From contig NC_043009.1 of the NCBI RefSeq assembly GCF_006345805.1, forward strand, positions 13,950,001-14,014,000: a stretch of 64,000 nucleotides of DNA, written 5' to 3'. Source of the DNA: Octopus sinensis. Taxonomy: Eukaryota. Of this stretch, positions 12,855 to 25,418 are shown one piece after another. Both the position numbers and the translations under genes were made by a program. Each line of letters begins with the position of its first letter. Position 1 is the stretch's first letter. The notes beneath the pieces are model-generated. The model saw only the letters and a program-made list of their open reading frames with translations. It was not told where the DNA came from and did not search any database.

Positions 12855-13078
12855 GAGATGAATAATTATTTGTCCTCATCTTATTTGTTGTTATCACAAC
12901 GTTTCGGCTGATGTAGCCTCCAGCCTTCATCAGGTCTTTTGGGGAAATTTCGAACATGAGTTCTCATTCCTTAGGTATTTTTCGATATTATTATTATTCA
13001 GGTCACTGCTTGGAATCGGAACTCGGAATCTTGGGGTTAATAGCCCGCGCTCTTAACCACTACGCCGTATGCCCGTGG
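12855..13078 (-). mobile_element. tRNA-headed SINE family E containing a hammerhead motif
   Basis: Minus strand GGGCATACGGCGTAGTGGTTAAGAGCGCGGGCTATTAACCCCAAGATTCCGAGTTCCGATTCC head, short (TAA)n, body, HHR, tail; second copy 56045-56351. Confidence 0.8.
12893..12938 (-). ncRNA. Minimal type I hammerhead motif in SINE E
   Basis: CTGATGA-A-GGCTG gaggctacat CAGCC-GAAA-CG-TT-GTG; stem I partly mismatched in this copy. Confidence 0.65.
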
Positions 13079-13319
13079 GCAGTTATGGAGTGAATTTTTT
13101 AGGGTTTATAAATCTAATATTTTTCTATCCTTCCTTAATACCCGTTCCCGTATGCTTCTTCTTTCTGCACTCGTTCTGCTTAGGAGCACATATGCTAACA
13201 CACTACAACCTCCTAACAAGACGACGACAAACATCCGTCAAATGAGTAATACAAGTAATATTTTACGGCTGCTTAGCGGTCACTAAGTGTAGTATTGCGC
13301 ATTTTGTGTTCATATATAT

Positions 13320-13550
13320 ATTTCTTTACTACCCACAAGGAGCTAAACACAGAGGGGAAAAACAAGGACAGACAAAGGGATTAAGTCGATTACATCAACC
13401 CCAGTGCGTAACTGCTACTTAATTTATCGACCCCGAAAGGGATGAAAGGCAAAGTCGACCTCGGCGGAATTTGAACTCGGAACGTATCGACAGACGAAAA
13501 ACGGCTACGCATTTCGCCCGGCGTGCTAACGGTTCTGCCAGCTCGCCGCC
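13320..13550 (-). mobile_element. SINE family A monomer with TSD
   Basis: Full head-to-tail copy; direct repeat TTGTGTTCATATATAT at 13304-13319 and 13554-13569. Confidence 0.9.
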
Positions 13551-15186
13551 TAATTGTGTTCATATATATGAAGTAGATTGGTGTTAACGAATGCATATAC
13601 AATAACACGTTTGAATTATTTGAACATTCACCCTATCTGATGAAGACGTGATAGACCAAAACCTTCAAAGAGTTTAATTACATATTTATATACGTTCATG
13701 TGCGCACAAATTTAAGTATTTTTGCTAATACTCATTTTGGTTCTTTCTTTGGTTCTTTCTAAGAAAGAAACAGTTTTATTAGTGGGATTTAAACGAGAAA
13801 AATGTAAAAAGTTATACGTTGCATTTAAGTAAAATTTCTTATATTTTTATTGTTCCGCTTATAAAGCAGGTTTTAGCTGGTCACACTGGCCATATTCTTT
13901 TCCTGAAAGCCTACAACTTTTCGAGTTTACTGCTTTGACATGACCGATTTCGTTCTTGCTGATTTTGAGAGAGAACACATATCTGATCTCTCTAACCCTG
14001 CTTAATTTTTACCGTCCAGAGCATTTGTATCGTGTTTATTATGTTTGCATTTAGCAAAAGTTTCTGTGGTAAAATTCAATCAATGTTCCTTCCATTGAAA
14101 CATAGGTATGTACCCTACATTAAATATATATTGTTGAATATTTTTGCCCACGAAGTTTTAAGTACGAAGGAAGATATTGTATGCAGTTTCAGTAAAAACA
14201 TCACGTCACATTTAAAGGCAGTACTTTATGACATCTGGTGCACGATGACTGCCTTGACCAACATCATTTAAGATATTTCTGATAAGGGGTTGCTTTTTAC
14301 GGAGATTTTTTTTTTAATTTCTGGTATACAGCTTGTACATTAAAAACGAATTTCTGATACTGGTTTGTTTAAGAAGGCATTTTGATAATGAAGTTTTTCA
14401 CCCAGCGTCTTGAAATAATTTGAAGCTAATTTCCCTTCAGTAGTTTGGCGTGTTGAATTTTACAGCCGACATTTTACAATGTATTTATTGTGCTGTAAAC
14501 TTATTATTCGCCTTACACCTTATGATGTTATCTGTTTAATTATTTTCTTTATTTTTTTTTTTGTTGTAGTTTATGCCGTTGATTTTTTTAACTTCTAATT
14601 TCGTTTGTTATCCACTTGGATTACTTACATTGTGTTATTCTATTATCGTTTTCACTGTGGGTATCTCTTGAGTGCGCTTTCAGAGCGATAACAGGTATCG
14701 ATTATCTAATTCGTGTTATCACTTTTTCATACAGTCTCCAACGCTATCGTAAATAACTTTTAACATAAGCGATGATTGTTTCTTTACACTCATCAAAAAA
14801 ATGGTCCGTTGCCTAATGGTAGCTTAGAGAAATCGAAAACTTTCTCCTCAGACAGCAGTGTGAAGTTGTTTTTAAACTATATATATATATATTTGACAGT
14901 AATATCTGTTGGATCAGTTCATTCATATATATGGGTGTTGCCTTGTAATGATGGTGGTGATGGTTATGATTGTGGCGAATGGGTTGATAATGATGATGAG
15001 GAAAAACCTATCACCGGTTTGTTTACATTTTAAGCTTCCTTTAGCAAATTTTGAATATCTACAAAAAAAATTAGCATGAGCTGTAATAACTGCTATCTCT
15101 GACAGCCATTTTTTCGGATGACGTAAAACGATTGTTGCTGGAGTTATGTAACTGGACAGGTTTCCTTCCAATATCTCTTTAGCCGA

Positions 15187-15375
15187 ACGCGGTGAGCTGG
15201 CAGAATCGTTTTGCACACCATGCAAAATACTTAGCGGCATTTCCTCCTTTTTACGTTCTAAGTTCAAATTTCGCCAAGGTTGACTTCACCTTTTATCATT
15301 TCGGGGTCGTTAAAATAAGTGCGAGTTGAGCACCTCCCCCAAAATTGCTGGCCTAGTGCAAACATTTGAAACTAA
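15187..15375 (+). mobile_element. Older SINE A-related copy
   Basis: GCGGTGAGCTGGCAGAATCG head and diverged core. Confidence 0.65.
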
Positions 15376-15462
15376 TATTTCTTTAGCCGAATTGCTTACT
15401 ATAACTGATAGAACGAAATTCTCAAGATATTTTTCTGACACGGACATAAAATTTCGATTTAA

Positions 15463-15831
15463 TAGTAAAGGCCGAGTGAATCGAAAATAATACTTGCAGA
15501 TTTTTAATAGTTTTTATGACGGCAGAATCATTGGAATCAGTATTGGCGGCGTTTTCATTCGCCACAACATGAATCCGGTGTTAGTTTGTTTACATCCCCT
15601 TAGCGGTTCGGCAAATGAGCCTGTAGAATAAGTACACCAAGCTTTACAAATAAGTACTGGGGACAATTTGTTCCACTTAACCTTTAAAGATGGTGTCCCC
15701 AGTACTTATTTTTAAAGCTTTGTGTACTTATTCTACAGGTTTCGCTGCCAATACTGATTCCAATGATTCTGCCGTCATAAAAACTATTAAAAATCTGCAA
15801 GTATTATTTTCGATTCACTTGGCCTTCACTA
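15463..15831. repeat. Nested imperfect palindrome partly built from a SINE C 3' region
   Basis: Outer arms about 15463-15551 / 15742-15831; inner arms about 15619-15665 / 15694-15740. Confidence 0.8.
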
Positions 15832-15840
15832 TATATATAT

Positions 15841-16944
15841 ATAATGAAGGGTGAAATTAATTAATTTGGAATAATTATCAATTACACCAAGTAGTCTTCG
15901 GCATGTAAAAGCCTCATTCGAGGAAAATTTAAGTAATACTAAGCAATAAAGGGTTTAGCAACGAATTGCCTTACCACATACCGAATTTAGAAATAGCAGT
16001 CAAAGAGTTATAGTTATTTCTTCTACTAAAAAGGGAGATCTCAGTAAAGACAGCAATTGGAAGGCAGACACAAACAGGTAAGAGAGAATGAATTGACGGC
16101 AATCTATCATACAATTTTAAGTTATCTACGGACGCACGTTTCGAATTCGAAACGTGCGTCCGTAGATAACTTAAAATTGTATGATAGATTGCCGTCAATT
16201 CATTCTCTCTTACCTGTTTGTGTCTGCCTTCCAATCGCTGTCTTTACTGAGATCTCCCTTTTTAGTAGAAGAAATAGCTATAACTCTTTGATTGCTATTT
16301 CTAAATTCGGTATGTGTAAGGCAATTCGTTGCTAAACCTTTATTGCTTAGTATTACTTAAATTTTCCTGGAATGAGGCTTTTACATGCCGAAGACTACTT
16401 GGTGTAATTGATAATTATTCCAAATTAATAATTTCACCCTTCATTATTACGGATAACCATATTTTATCTCAGTAGATGACACAGCATCTTGTTTTGGCTA
16501 CACGCGGGTGGGAAGGGCTGGTGGTGACACAATCTTTTCATTCACACATTGAATTTGGTGATACTAGTTGCGGATTCTAGCTCGCTCTGATACTGAGTTG
16601 AGTTGGTGCCTTCTAGTATCTCAAAATTCAATATATAATCATTGATGATTATAGTATTCTACGCTGAAGAGAAAAGAAGTTTTGGTAAGGTAGAATTATT
16701 TAATATTTAATTCTTATGATTTCCTAAAACTTGATTTCGAAACGTGCGTCCGTAGATAACTTAAAATTGTATGATAGATTGCCGTCAATTCATTCTCTCT
16801 TACCTGTTTGTGTCTGCCTTCCAATTGCTGTCTTTACTGAGATCTCCCTTTTTAGTAGAAGAAATAGCTATAACTCTTTGACTGCTATTTCTAAATTCGG
16901 TATGTGGTAAGGCAATTCGTTGCTAAACCCTTTATTGCTTAGTA
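15841..16944 (+). mobile_element. HHR-bearing retrozyme/PLE-like element (F4): inverted 305-bp arm plus about 1.35 direct 590-nt monomers, flanked by (TA)n
   Basis: 15841-16145 is the reverse complement of 16146-16447 with no spacer; 16146-16354 recurs directly at 16736-16944 (period 590). Confidence 0.8.
16659..16755 (+). ncRNA. Complete type I hammerhead ribozyme motif
   Basis: CTACG-CTGAAGA-GAAA(long loop)TTTC-GAAA-CGTGCG-TC-CGTAG: stem I 5 bp, canonical core, helix III ACG/CGT, GUC triplet; predicted cut after 16750. Confidence 0.8.
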
Positions 16945-17230
16945 TATATATAATATATATATATATTATATATATATATATTTACAAATACATGTACATG
17001 TGTGTGAGGGAGAGAGACTGACTGACAGAGACAGAGAAGCAAGTTCTAGACCATGTAAAGGTGGACTAATCATATCTAGTCCTTCAATCGAGGGTAATTT
17101 ATTTTTCAAGTATTTAATTCTTCACTTGAATTTTAACCACCGTACCTCATGGGACAAAAACAGCTAATTTTGTTACAGTTTTTTGAAGATTATTCTTTCT
17201 ATGTGCTGCTGTTGGGCGGTTGCTGTTGCT

Positions 17231-17530
17231 GTTGAGCGAACGGTCTTCGTCCCAGAGCTCCCAAGATGGGAGAAGTCCGAAACGTGGTCCTTTGCTGTTC
17301 GTAAGACCCGCAGAATATAAAGCAGGTCAACCCCCGACACCGAGAGCATCAACGGATGGATGAATGCGCGTCCAGGCTCAGCAGTTGCGTAGGAAGTCGG
17401 GGACACGAAACAGGAAGAAAGAGTGAGAGAAAGTTGGGGCGAAAGAGTACAACATGGGTCACCACCACCCCTTACCGGAGCTCAATAAACACACACGACG
17501 CCCAGTCTGGGAATCGAATCCGCGAACCTC
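17231..17530 (-). mobile_element. SINE family B, tail type 2 (5' truncated)
   Basis: B body (CTCACTCTTTCTTCCTGTTTC) joined to a tail ending GAAGACCGTTCGCTCAAC(AAC)n; same tail at 34683. Confidence 0.75.
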
Positions 17531-19281
17531 TTGCTGTTGTTGTCGCTGTTGTTGTCTCTTTGTTATATAACCTGACTTTCTTGACAGTTCAAGGTATAAT
17601 AAATAGTCGCAAGATCCAATATTTGTCTTTCCTAGACTTACCAGTTTATTAGCATTTAAGGTTTCAGAATGAGTGATTTTAAAAACCTACACCTTTCCAT
17701 ATTTTCTCTTTTTATTAGCTTTAATTTTCGATGTCGGCCATTTTCATTTTCTATTTCTCTTTTTCTTTCTTTTTTTTTTTTTGCAGAAGTTCAGTTATCA
17801 ATATAAATATCGTTTTAACCTCAATGTTAACTTACAGTTTCTATATCATAGTCGATCAAGCAAAAGGAAAGAATTTTCACTCGACCATTTTAGACTTCAA
17901 AATCCTAACAACACCAATTACCCAACAATTATTTCAATAAAAAAATTGCAATGTAATAAAAAAAATTGTTTTTATTCCAAATTCCTTTAACCCCACTGAC
18001 AAAATAATTAAAATTGGGCGGGGGGATCATTTATGGTGGAAGGAGAATATTTTCTTTAAGAGAATCTGAATAAAAGGAGGAGAAAAGGAACAAGAAAAAG
18101 AAAAGAAGTATGGCAACAAACAATAGTTGATATCAATGGGAACTGGGATCTGGTTGGATTTTTGGTAAGAGTTAAGGGAATAAATTATGACCAGTTAAAA
18201 ATCTGTGTTTCTATGGTAAAGTTAGAACATTAATTATCCCGCAAATGGTGTCAGATGAACAATGTGTAATAGAAACGGACTAATGTGGTTCGGGTCAATG
18301 CAGCATAATGCTGTGCACAGTGACCGAGAAGTGAGAAGTGGGAGGGATTTTGTACCATTAGTAGTAAGAATATGCCAAGGTTATTCAACCACTGCGCCCG
18401 TCTCTTTATGGGGAGTTCAAAGAGGATTCTGAAGAAGTAGGAGCGTTGCAGTAGACAAAGTGAAATGTGTTGAGATTTAGGGAGTAGAGGAATACACCAG
18501 CAAAGCTCTAGGTGAAGCAATTGGAGGTCGCAGCTGGGTTTCAAGCCACAATTCTAGAGAAGCTCAACCTGCAGAGGTGAGGTGGTCCCTGTCTTGTGGC
18601 CTCCAGCAAATAGACATAAAATTGAAAATGTTGGCTGTTCAGTTGGGTGTAATTTTGGAGTTGAACCCAAAGGGTGAGGTGAAGGAAAGCTGGGTTTGCT
18701 ACAAAAGTGTATCACAATCAATGCATAGGGAACATTGGGAACATGGCGAAAAGTGGGGCTAAATAGTATAAGAGGGAGGTGCTGTCCGCTGGCGAACTAG
18801 AGGTCTGTAAAGAATAGCTTTTGTCTCTACAGGAAGTCGCAAAAGCAAATCTTTCAGAGTTGCATGACGGCATGAAGAGAAAGGACACAGAAGTCGGGTG
18901 CGGAATGCCTATTCCAGGAAAGAATGTGTGAAAAGAATAAGAGGAGGGACATCTATGCAATCATACATGGATCTAAAAAAAATAGAAACATCCAGATCAT
19001 TGAAAGATGAGTTGGTTTCACATTTAAACATAGCATTTTCAGATAAGCAAAGAGAGTCTTTCATGACGGCACGAGGTTTGAAAATTCAGCCAGAGCCAGA
19101 GCAAGTGTTCGACAGGGGTGAGTTATGGCTTGAGAATTTGAAGCTGTGGTACAGAAGTAGCGCAATGGAGTATAAAGGGCTCACATAGACGTTTTCAAGT
19201 ATTGTTCGTAGCTTGAAAACTTGTGACAGAATCTCAAGGTGATATAACGAGAATAAGTTAAGCCAGTAAGTGTATTATAGA

Positions 19282-19614
19282 TCTCTCTTCTTAGCACTCC
19301 GTCGGTTACGACGACGAGGGTTCCGGTTGATCCGATCAACGGAACAGCCTGCTCGTGAAATTAACGTGTAAGTGGCTGAGCACTCCACAGACACGTGTAC
19401 CCTTAACGTAGTTCTCGGGGATATTCAGCGTGACACAGAGTGTGACAAGGCCGGCCCCTTGAAATACAAGTACAACTCATTTTGCCAGCTGAGTGGACTG
19501 GAGCAACGTGAAATAAAGTGTCTTGCTCAAGGACACAACGCATCGCCGGGAATCGAACTCACGACCTTACAATCGTCAGCCGAATGCCCTAACCGCTAAG
19601 CCGTGCGCCTTCAC
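19282..19614 (-). mobile_element. tRNA-derived SINE family D with 15-bp TSD
   Basis: Head GTGAAGGCGCACGGCTTAGCGGTTAGGG...GAGTTCGATTCCCGG; TSD TAAGTGTATTATAGA at 19267-19281 and 19615-19629. Confidence 0.9.
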
Positions 19615-20068
19615 TAAGTGTATTATAGAAGGGTTGTACAGAATAACAATAATGCTTTAAGAAATTGATATTTCTGCTCAGTATGTTGATGGGAAGCATT
19701 TGATGAGTGTATTGGTAAGGAGATCGATGGGTTTCTCTATAAAGAACTCATTTGGAGAGACAGCTGCTGCCCCGCGATTTCCAAAATGCGTCGAGTGTGA
19801 ATATGATGTTTTAGCAGTCCACTCAGAGGTGAAAAAAAGAGTTAGCAAATGGTGATATCATCTTCTTGGGATTCGTAATTGCTACAATAAAGTTCTAAGG
19901 TGATGAAAGTGAAGACTTTGATTCTTTGTGTTGCTTAAGTTTTGGATGGATATTCTACCGCACAAGTCGGGAAAAGAAAGTTTGTTTTCTCCTGATAAGC
20001 CTGGCCGTCGAGCAGTTTTACTCAACGACGAATCGATTATGTATGCAACATGTGTATGAATATATATA

Positions 20069-20340
20069 CAGTGATCACTCGCTATATCGCGGTTCACCTA
20101 TCGCTCCCGCTGTACATCGTGGATTTTTCTGGCTAATATATGTAAATTTATATCGCGAACATCTCGGTATATTGCCGGCTTCTGCGGCCGATAGGTATTT
20201 ATATTTTTTTAATGTTTTAACTATTTCTGTGGTAAAATAAGTATTTTCAGGCCTAAAAGTTAGCAAATTAATAAACAAAAATACAGTACAGTACTGCACT
20301 GTTTAACACATTAATTAAAATATATTAAAAGAAAATACGA
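20069..20340 (+). mobile_element. Possible pogo/Tigger-like MITE left end
   Basis: TA|CAGTGATCACTCGCTATATCGCGGTTCACC resembles Tigger-type termini; no matching right TIR found. Confidence 0.35.
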
Positions 20341-21785
20341 GTGTGTGGTATTGTTTTGTATGCATATATGCTTTATGTATGCATATATGTGTACATGGTG
20401 ACATGAGGAATCTATCATGCAACATCAGTGAGGAATCTGGAAAGTCGAAACTTTACAAAAAATCTCTTGATATATTTGTTCTGCACTGAGTTCCGTAATT
20501 CTTTGTAACTGTCAGTATCAGAAATGTGAAGAAACCCTAAACTAACCGTTCCATTATTTACATATCGATAGAGAAGATATAAATCATTGGATTTATTATA
20601 TAAATAAATTATAAGTAAATAAAATAGGAAAAATTATTAATGCAGAAAACTGCATTAATAACATTTTTTTTTAATGCAGCCGAAATCGGAAACAGCTTTT
20701 AATTCAGCCAATACCAGAAAGCGCCGTTTTAAAAATATATGAAGAAAGCACGTGCAATTTGAAACATTCAAGGCGATGTTCAATTACTTCATAACGAGCA
20801 ATTTCATTGGAATTCAAAGCAATTCTCCAAAAGTAAACCCTTAAAAATTCTTGAAGTATCAATATTAACAGCACTTTATGAACATATGTATTGGAACGCT
20901 TCTATCAAGAGATGCAATTAGATATGGAAATATTTGCATTTAAAAATGCTTAAAGATGCATTTATGCTCTAAAGAAGCGCATTTGTATGTTTATTTGTGT
21001 CTTTTTGTGTGTTTATATGTGTAAGCAGTGTAAAACTATGAATGAATCCATGTTTGTATGTACAAAAAGTGATGTACAGTTATTTCGAAGTTTTCCGGTT
21101 TTAATATGATGTAATTTGATAATATTTACTTCACATTTCTGCTCACCCTGTCACACAAAAACATAAATATACTTTCCTATATCGTAAAAATACTCCATTA
21201 AGCCAAACCGATGTTATGACAAACAATACGCTCCCGATAGATGAACCAAATACATTAAAACATTGAAAAAAAAAGGCATCGGATGGACGATGCATACCCT
21301 GCGCGCAGATAGATTTTTTTTCGCAAATTATAGTGTGGCTTACGATGCATTTCTTATCCATGCTTTTTAATTGAACTGAATTATAGGTATTTATACTCCG
21401 GTGAAATTAAGAAATCAACTCGTAAATAAATGAAACCCTCGAATCCATCAGTGTACACACACACACACATACACACACACACACACAGTATGTATGTATG
21501 TATGTACGTACGTGCGCACACGTGCCTACGCGCATCGGTACACCATGATCTATACATACACAGACGAAGGTCGATCCATATGAAAAAGAAAGTTAACAAA
21601 ACAATATGACCTCTTGCTTATTGAGAAATTCAGCCAAATTTGGTAAAAATCCGTTCAACCATTTTCCAGTAATTTTGCAAACACACAGGCAAACAAAGAC
21701 GAGTGATTTCAATACCCTGATTTCGCTTATGCATGCAGGGTAATAAAAATAGCAGTATTCGACAACCGGCACAATTTGGAAAGTG

Positions 21786-21984
21786 ACCGGTGATGAAGTC
21801 ACAGGAAAAAATGTCACAGTAAATAAAGTCACAATTTTGGCTAGAGAAGCGGTCACAATTTATGGGATCTATACAAAACAATTTCGGACAGCCCCCCCAC
21901 CCCACCCCACTCAGAACCCCTGTGACTTCTTCCCCTGACTATTTATCCGTGACTTTTTTCTTGTCACTTTTTTTACCTGGATTC
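21786..21984. mobile_element. Decayed MITE with subterminal GTCAC/GTGAC repeats
   Basis: Left AAGTCACAGGAAAAAATGTCAC versus right GTGACTTTTTTCTTGTCACTTTT imperfect inverted repeats. Confidence 0.35.
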
Positions 21985-22427
21985 ATATATATATATATAT
22001 ATATATATTGCTAAATAACCATGACTTCGGCTATTCAAGGATCACACTTATTATTATATCCGCTGTAAGGTTTGACGTATGTGATTATGAAGCATTTGAG
22101 AGTGTAACAAGTTGAGTCAAGCGTTAGTTTATTGATAAGCTGAGATAATGCAGTACTGTTAGATTTTGTGTGGGATTTGAAGCTAGAGTAGTGATTGCTC
22201 ACTCTAGCTTTGAAGGTGGTGCTACATGAGCCGATGTAAATGTAGTTGCAGTTGTTGGTTGATACAGTGCACTTATAAACTATGTTTTTAGTGAGACAGC
22301 AGTTGTCTAAAGGACAGATGAATATAGTACTTAAGTTGAGGCATCAGAATTTAGTACGGTATTATCCATACAATTTCAAAGTAAGATGATTAAAATCAAA
22401 ATAAGCTGCAAGGATATCCAGAGGTAA

Positions 22428-22513
22428 TGCAGCACGATCGTTTCATGCAGCTCCATTTAATTTAACAATGCAATCATTGTATCAATTTAAATGCAGAGCA
22501 ATCCTCAGCTGCA
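22428..22513 (-). ncRNA. Hammerhead motif, defective at H17 (G)
   Basis: GTGCAG-CTGAGGA-..-GAAA-CGATCG-TG-CTGCA. Confidence 0.5.
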
Positions 22514-22671
22514 CAAAGACATAGAATTTAATTACACTAAAAGCATAGAAACTACTATGCTGGAGTGAAGGCAGCATGTTCTTTGTCTATCTACTTAACT
22601 TCTTGGAGATTTTAGGTAAAATTATACTAATGTGTCCATCTGTTTTAATGTAATTAAATTCTATGTCTTTG

Positions 22672-22756
22672 TGCAGCTGAGGATTGCTCGACATTTAAAT
22701 TGATGTAATGATTGCATTGCAAATTAAATGGAGTTGCGTGAGACGATCGTACTGCA
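22672..22756 (+). ncRNA. Hammerhead motif, defective at A14 (GAGA)
   Basis: TGCAG-CTGAGGA-..-GAGA-CGATCG-TA-CTGCA; stem I 5 bp, palindromic helix III. Confidence 0.5.
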
Positions 22757-22787
22757 TATCCTTTTTGCTTATTTTGATATATATAAA

Positions 22788-23408
22788 TTTCTTTATTGCC
22801 CACAAGGGTCTAAACATAGAAAGGACAAACAAGGACAGACAAAGGGATTAAGTCGATTACATTGACCCCAGTGCGTAACTGGTACTTATTTAATTGACCC
22901 CGAAAGGATGAAAGGCAAAGTCGACCTCGGCATAATTCGGTCTCAGAACGTAACGGCAGACGAAATACCTATTTCTTTACTACCCACAAGGGGCTAAACA
23001 CAGAGAGGACAAACAAGGACAGACAAGCGGTTTAAGTCGATTATATCGACCCCAGTGCGTAACTGGTACTTATTTAATCGACACCGAAAGGATGACAGGC
23101 AAAGTCGACCTCGGCGGAATTTGAACTCAGAACGTAACGGCAGACGAAATACCTATTTCTATTTCTTTATTACCCACAAGGGGCTAAGCATAGAGGGGAC
23201 AAACAAGGACAGACATAGGTATTAAGTCGATTACATAGACCCCAGTGCGTAACTGGTGCTTAATTTATCGACCCCGAAAGGATAAAAGGCAAAGTCGACC
23301 TCGGCGGAATTTGAACTCACAACGTAACGGCAGACGAAATACCGCTAAGCATTTCACTCGGTGTGCTAACGATTCTGCCAGCTCACTGCCCTAACCAGCT
23401 CGCCGTCC
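22788..23408 (-). mobile_element. SINE family A, tandem trimer
   Basis: Three consecutive bodies ending in one head. Confidence 0.85.
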
Positions 23409-24304
23409 TAAAAAATATATATTTTTATATATATATATATATATATAATCCGGTTTTTAGAGAGAGAGAGAGAGAAACGTATGCACACATGCACACACAC
23501 TCATACACAAAATATAAAAGATTATATATTATATTTTATTATACGTGCGTGCATAATGTGTGTGTAACGGAAGATCTTCAGTTTCGGCATGTTAATATGA
23601 AGAATGTCAGTACCATCTTGCCAGTGGTTTTCAGAAAATTCTCTCCTCCGGATATGTTTAACGAAGACAAGACAACAAGGAAGACAGAGGCACCAACAAC
23701 AAGTTTACGTGAATATACGAAGACATACGACGCATACTGTGGCCTAATCTAAACGCCATTTGAGGGATGTCTCTATATCTGCGAGTAATTTACATGTGTG
23801 TATACATGCGCTTAGATACGTGCACACTTGTATACGCATGCAACCACACACAAACACATATGTGTATATGCATATGCACACACTAACAAACACATAGATA
23901 TACGCACACAAACACACACCCACACCACACACTCTCATAGATATATGTATATGTATGTATACTTATGTGTATGTGTGCATGTGTGTGTCTATTTGTGCTT
24001 CCCAAAGTAAAACTTCATTACTGTTTGAGTTTCAATTCATTAACAATTATTTTCGACTCATTACATTAAGTACATTTTTATGCAGAAGACAATTTTCGCT
24101 TCGTTTCTCGATGTCACTATTTCTATTTGCCTGATCAGTGAATTCTTTTCGCAACAAAAGCCATGTACTTCGGTTGTTCTGAGGCTTTGGTAGCTGTGAG
24201 TGGTCTGAGCTTCTATGATTTACAAACAACACATGTTCGGCGCTCTTGCAATTCCTAATAAATATGTTGAGTGCTTATATATGTACACACACACATACAT
24301 GCAT

Positions 24305-24403
<99 letters not shown>

Positions 24404-24448
24404 GTGTGTGTGTGTGTGTGTGTGGTGTGTGTGTGCGTGTGTGTGTGT

Positions 24449-24711
24449 GTGGAGGCGCAATGCCCCAATGGTTAGGGCAGCGGACTCGCGGTAGTAAGAT
24501 CGCGGTTTCGATTCCCAGAAAAAGCTCCACGAGGCTCCGGCAGGGGGTGGCGATCGCTGCTGTACTCTTTCACCACTCTTTCTCTCACTCTTTCTGCTGT
24601 TGGCCTGCTCGCTTAGCCAGCGGGGTGGCGTCATTCGAAGGCTAAAACAATGCGAACGCATTGTGACCAGCGATGTGTAGCAACATCTTATGGTCTGGTC
24701 GGTCACGTGGT

Positions 24712-24719
<8 letters not shown>
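24449..24719 (+). mobile_element. SINE family B, tail type 1
   Basis: Matches 1067-1369 with internal deletions; between (GT)n and (AT)n. Confidence 0.85.
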
Positions 24720-24761
<42 letters not shown>

Positions 24762-25184
24762 TGTGCGGCAAAATTGGCGATTTGATTTGCAGGTATAATA
24801 CATGTAACGGGTTTCCGCACATTTTCCGGGTACACAAACAAGACTTAGATCCACCCTCGGTTGTGACAGATGACGTCCGGACAAGATGCCGTAGACTGCA
24901 GTTCGATCTTGGATACTGTGATTTCAAATAAATCTTTTAGCCGCTCAGCCTTGCATATGCCAAGTACGATGGGGTACTGAAAACTTCATGGCTTTAAGGG
25001 TATCTCGAAAGGCCTGTTTGGTGGCCCAACCTTCCAATTTCTTTTACAGGGCTTAGAAAAACTGAAGGACCGCTGCATTAAGTATGTGAATCTGAGAGGG
25101 GAATATGTTGAATATAAATCATAATTAAATGATCCTCCTGTATTTTCCTTTCTACATTCTCTCGTACATATGTGTGTGTGTGCA

Positions 25185-25414
25185 AGGCGGCGAGCTGGCA
25201 GAAACGTTAGCACATCCGGCGAAATGCTTAGCGGTATTTCGTCTGCCGTTACGTTCTGAGTTCAAATTTCGCCGAAGTCGACTTTGCCTTTCATCCTTTC
25301 CGGGTCGATAAATTAAGTACCAGTTACGCACTGGGTTCGATGTAATCGTCTTAATACCTTTGTCTGTCCTTGTTTGCCCCCTCTATGTTTAGCTCCTTGT
25401 GGGTAATAAAGAAA
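25185..25414 (+). mobile_element. SINE family A monomer
   Basis: AGGCGGCGAGCTGGCAGAAACG head through GTAATAAAGAAA tail. Confidence 0.9.
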
Positions 25415-25418
25415 AACA

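Larger units (their letters stand above)
22395..22778. mobile_element. Older HHR-bearing head-to-head palindrome (F5)
   Basis: Arms about 22395-22548 and 22639-22778, visibly diverged; right end runs into (TA)n. Confidence 0.7.

Noticed and set aside
12121-16148. GAATTC at the apex of the 15841-16447 palindrome and right after the 11526-12120 arm, as a restriction/ligation artefact
   Set aside because: A zero-spacer fold-back always creates a palindromic hexamer; other palindromes have different apices, and the arms at 15841-16447 differ by substitutions. Not fully excluded without reads.
18250-19190. GC-richer block as a LINE remnant or exon
   Set aside because: Probably an old retroelement, but no frame gave a motif I could name with confidence.
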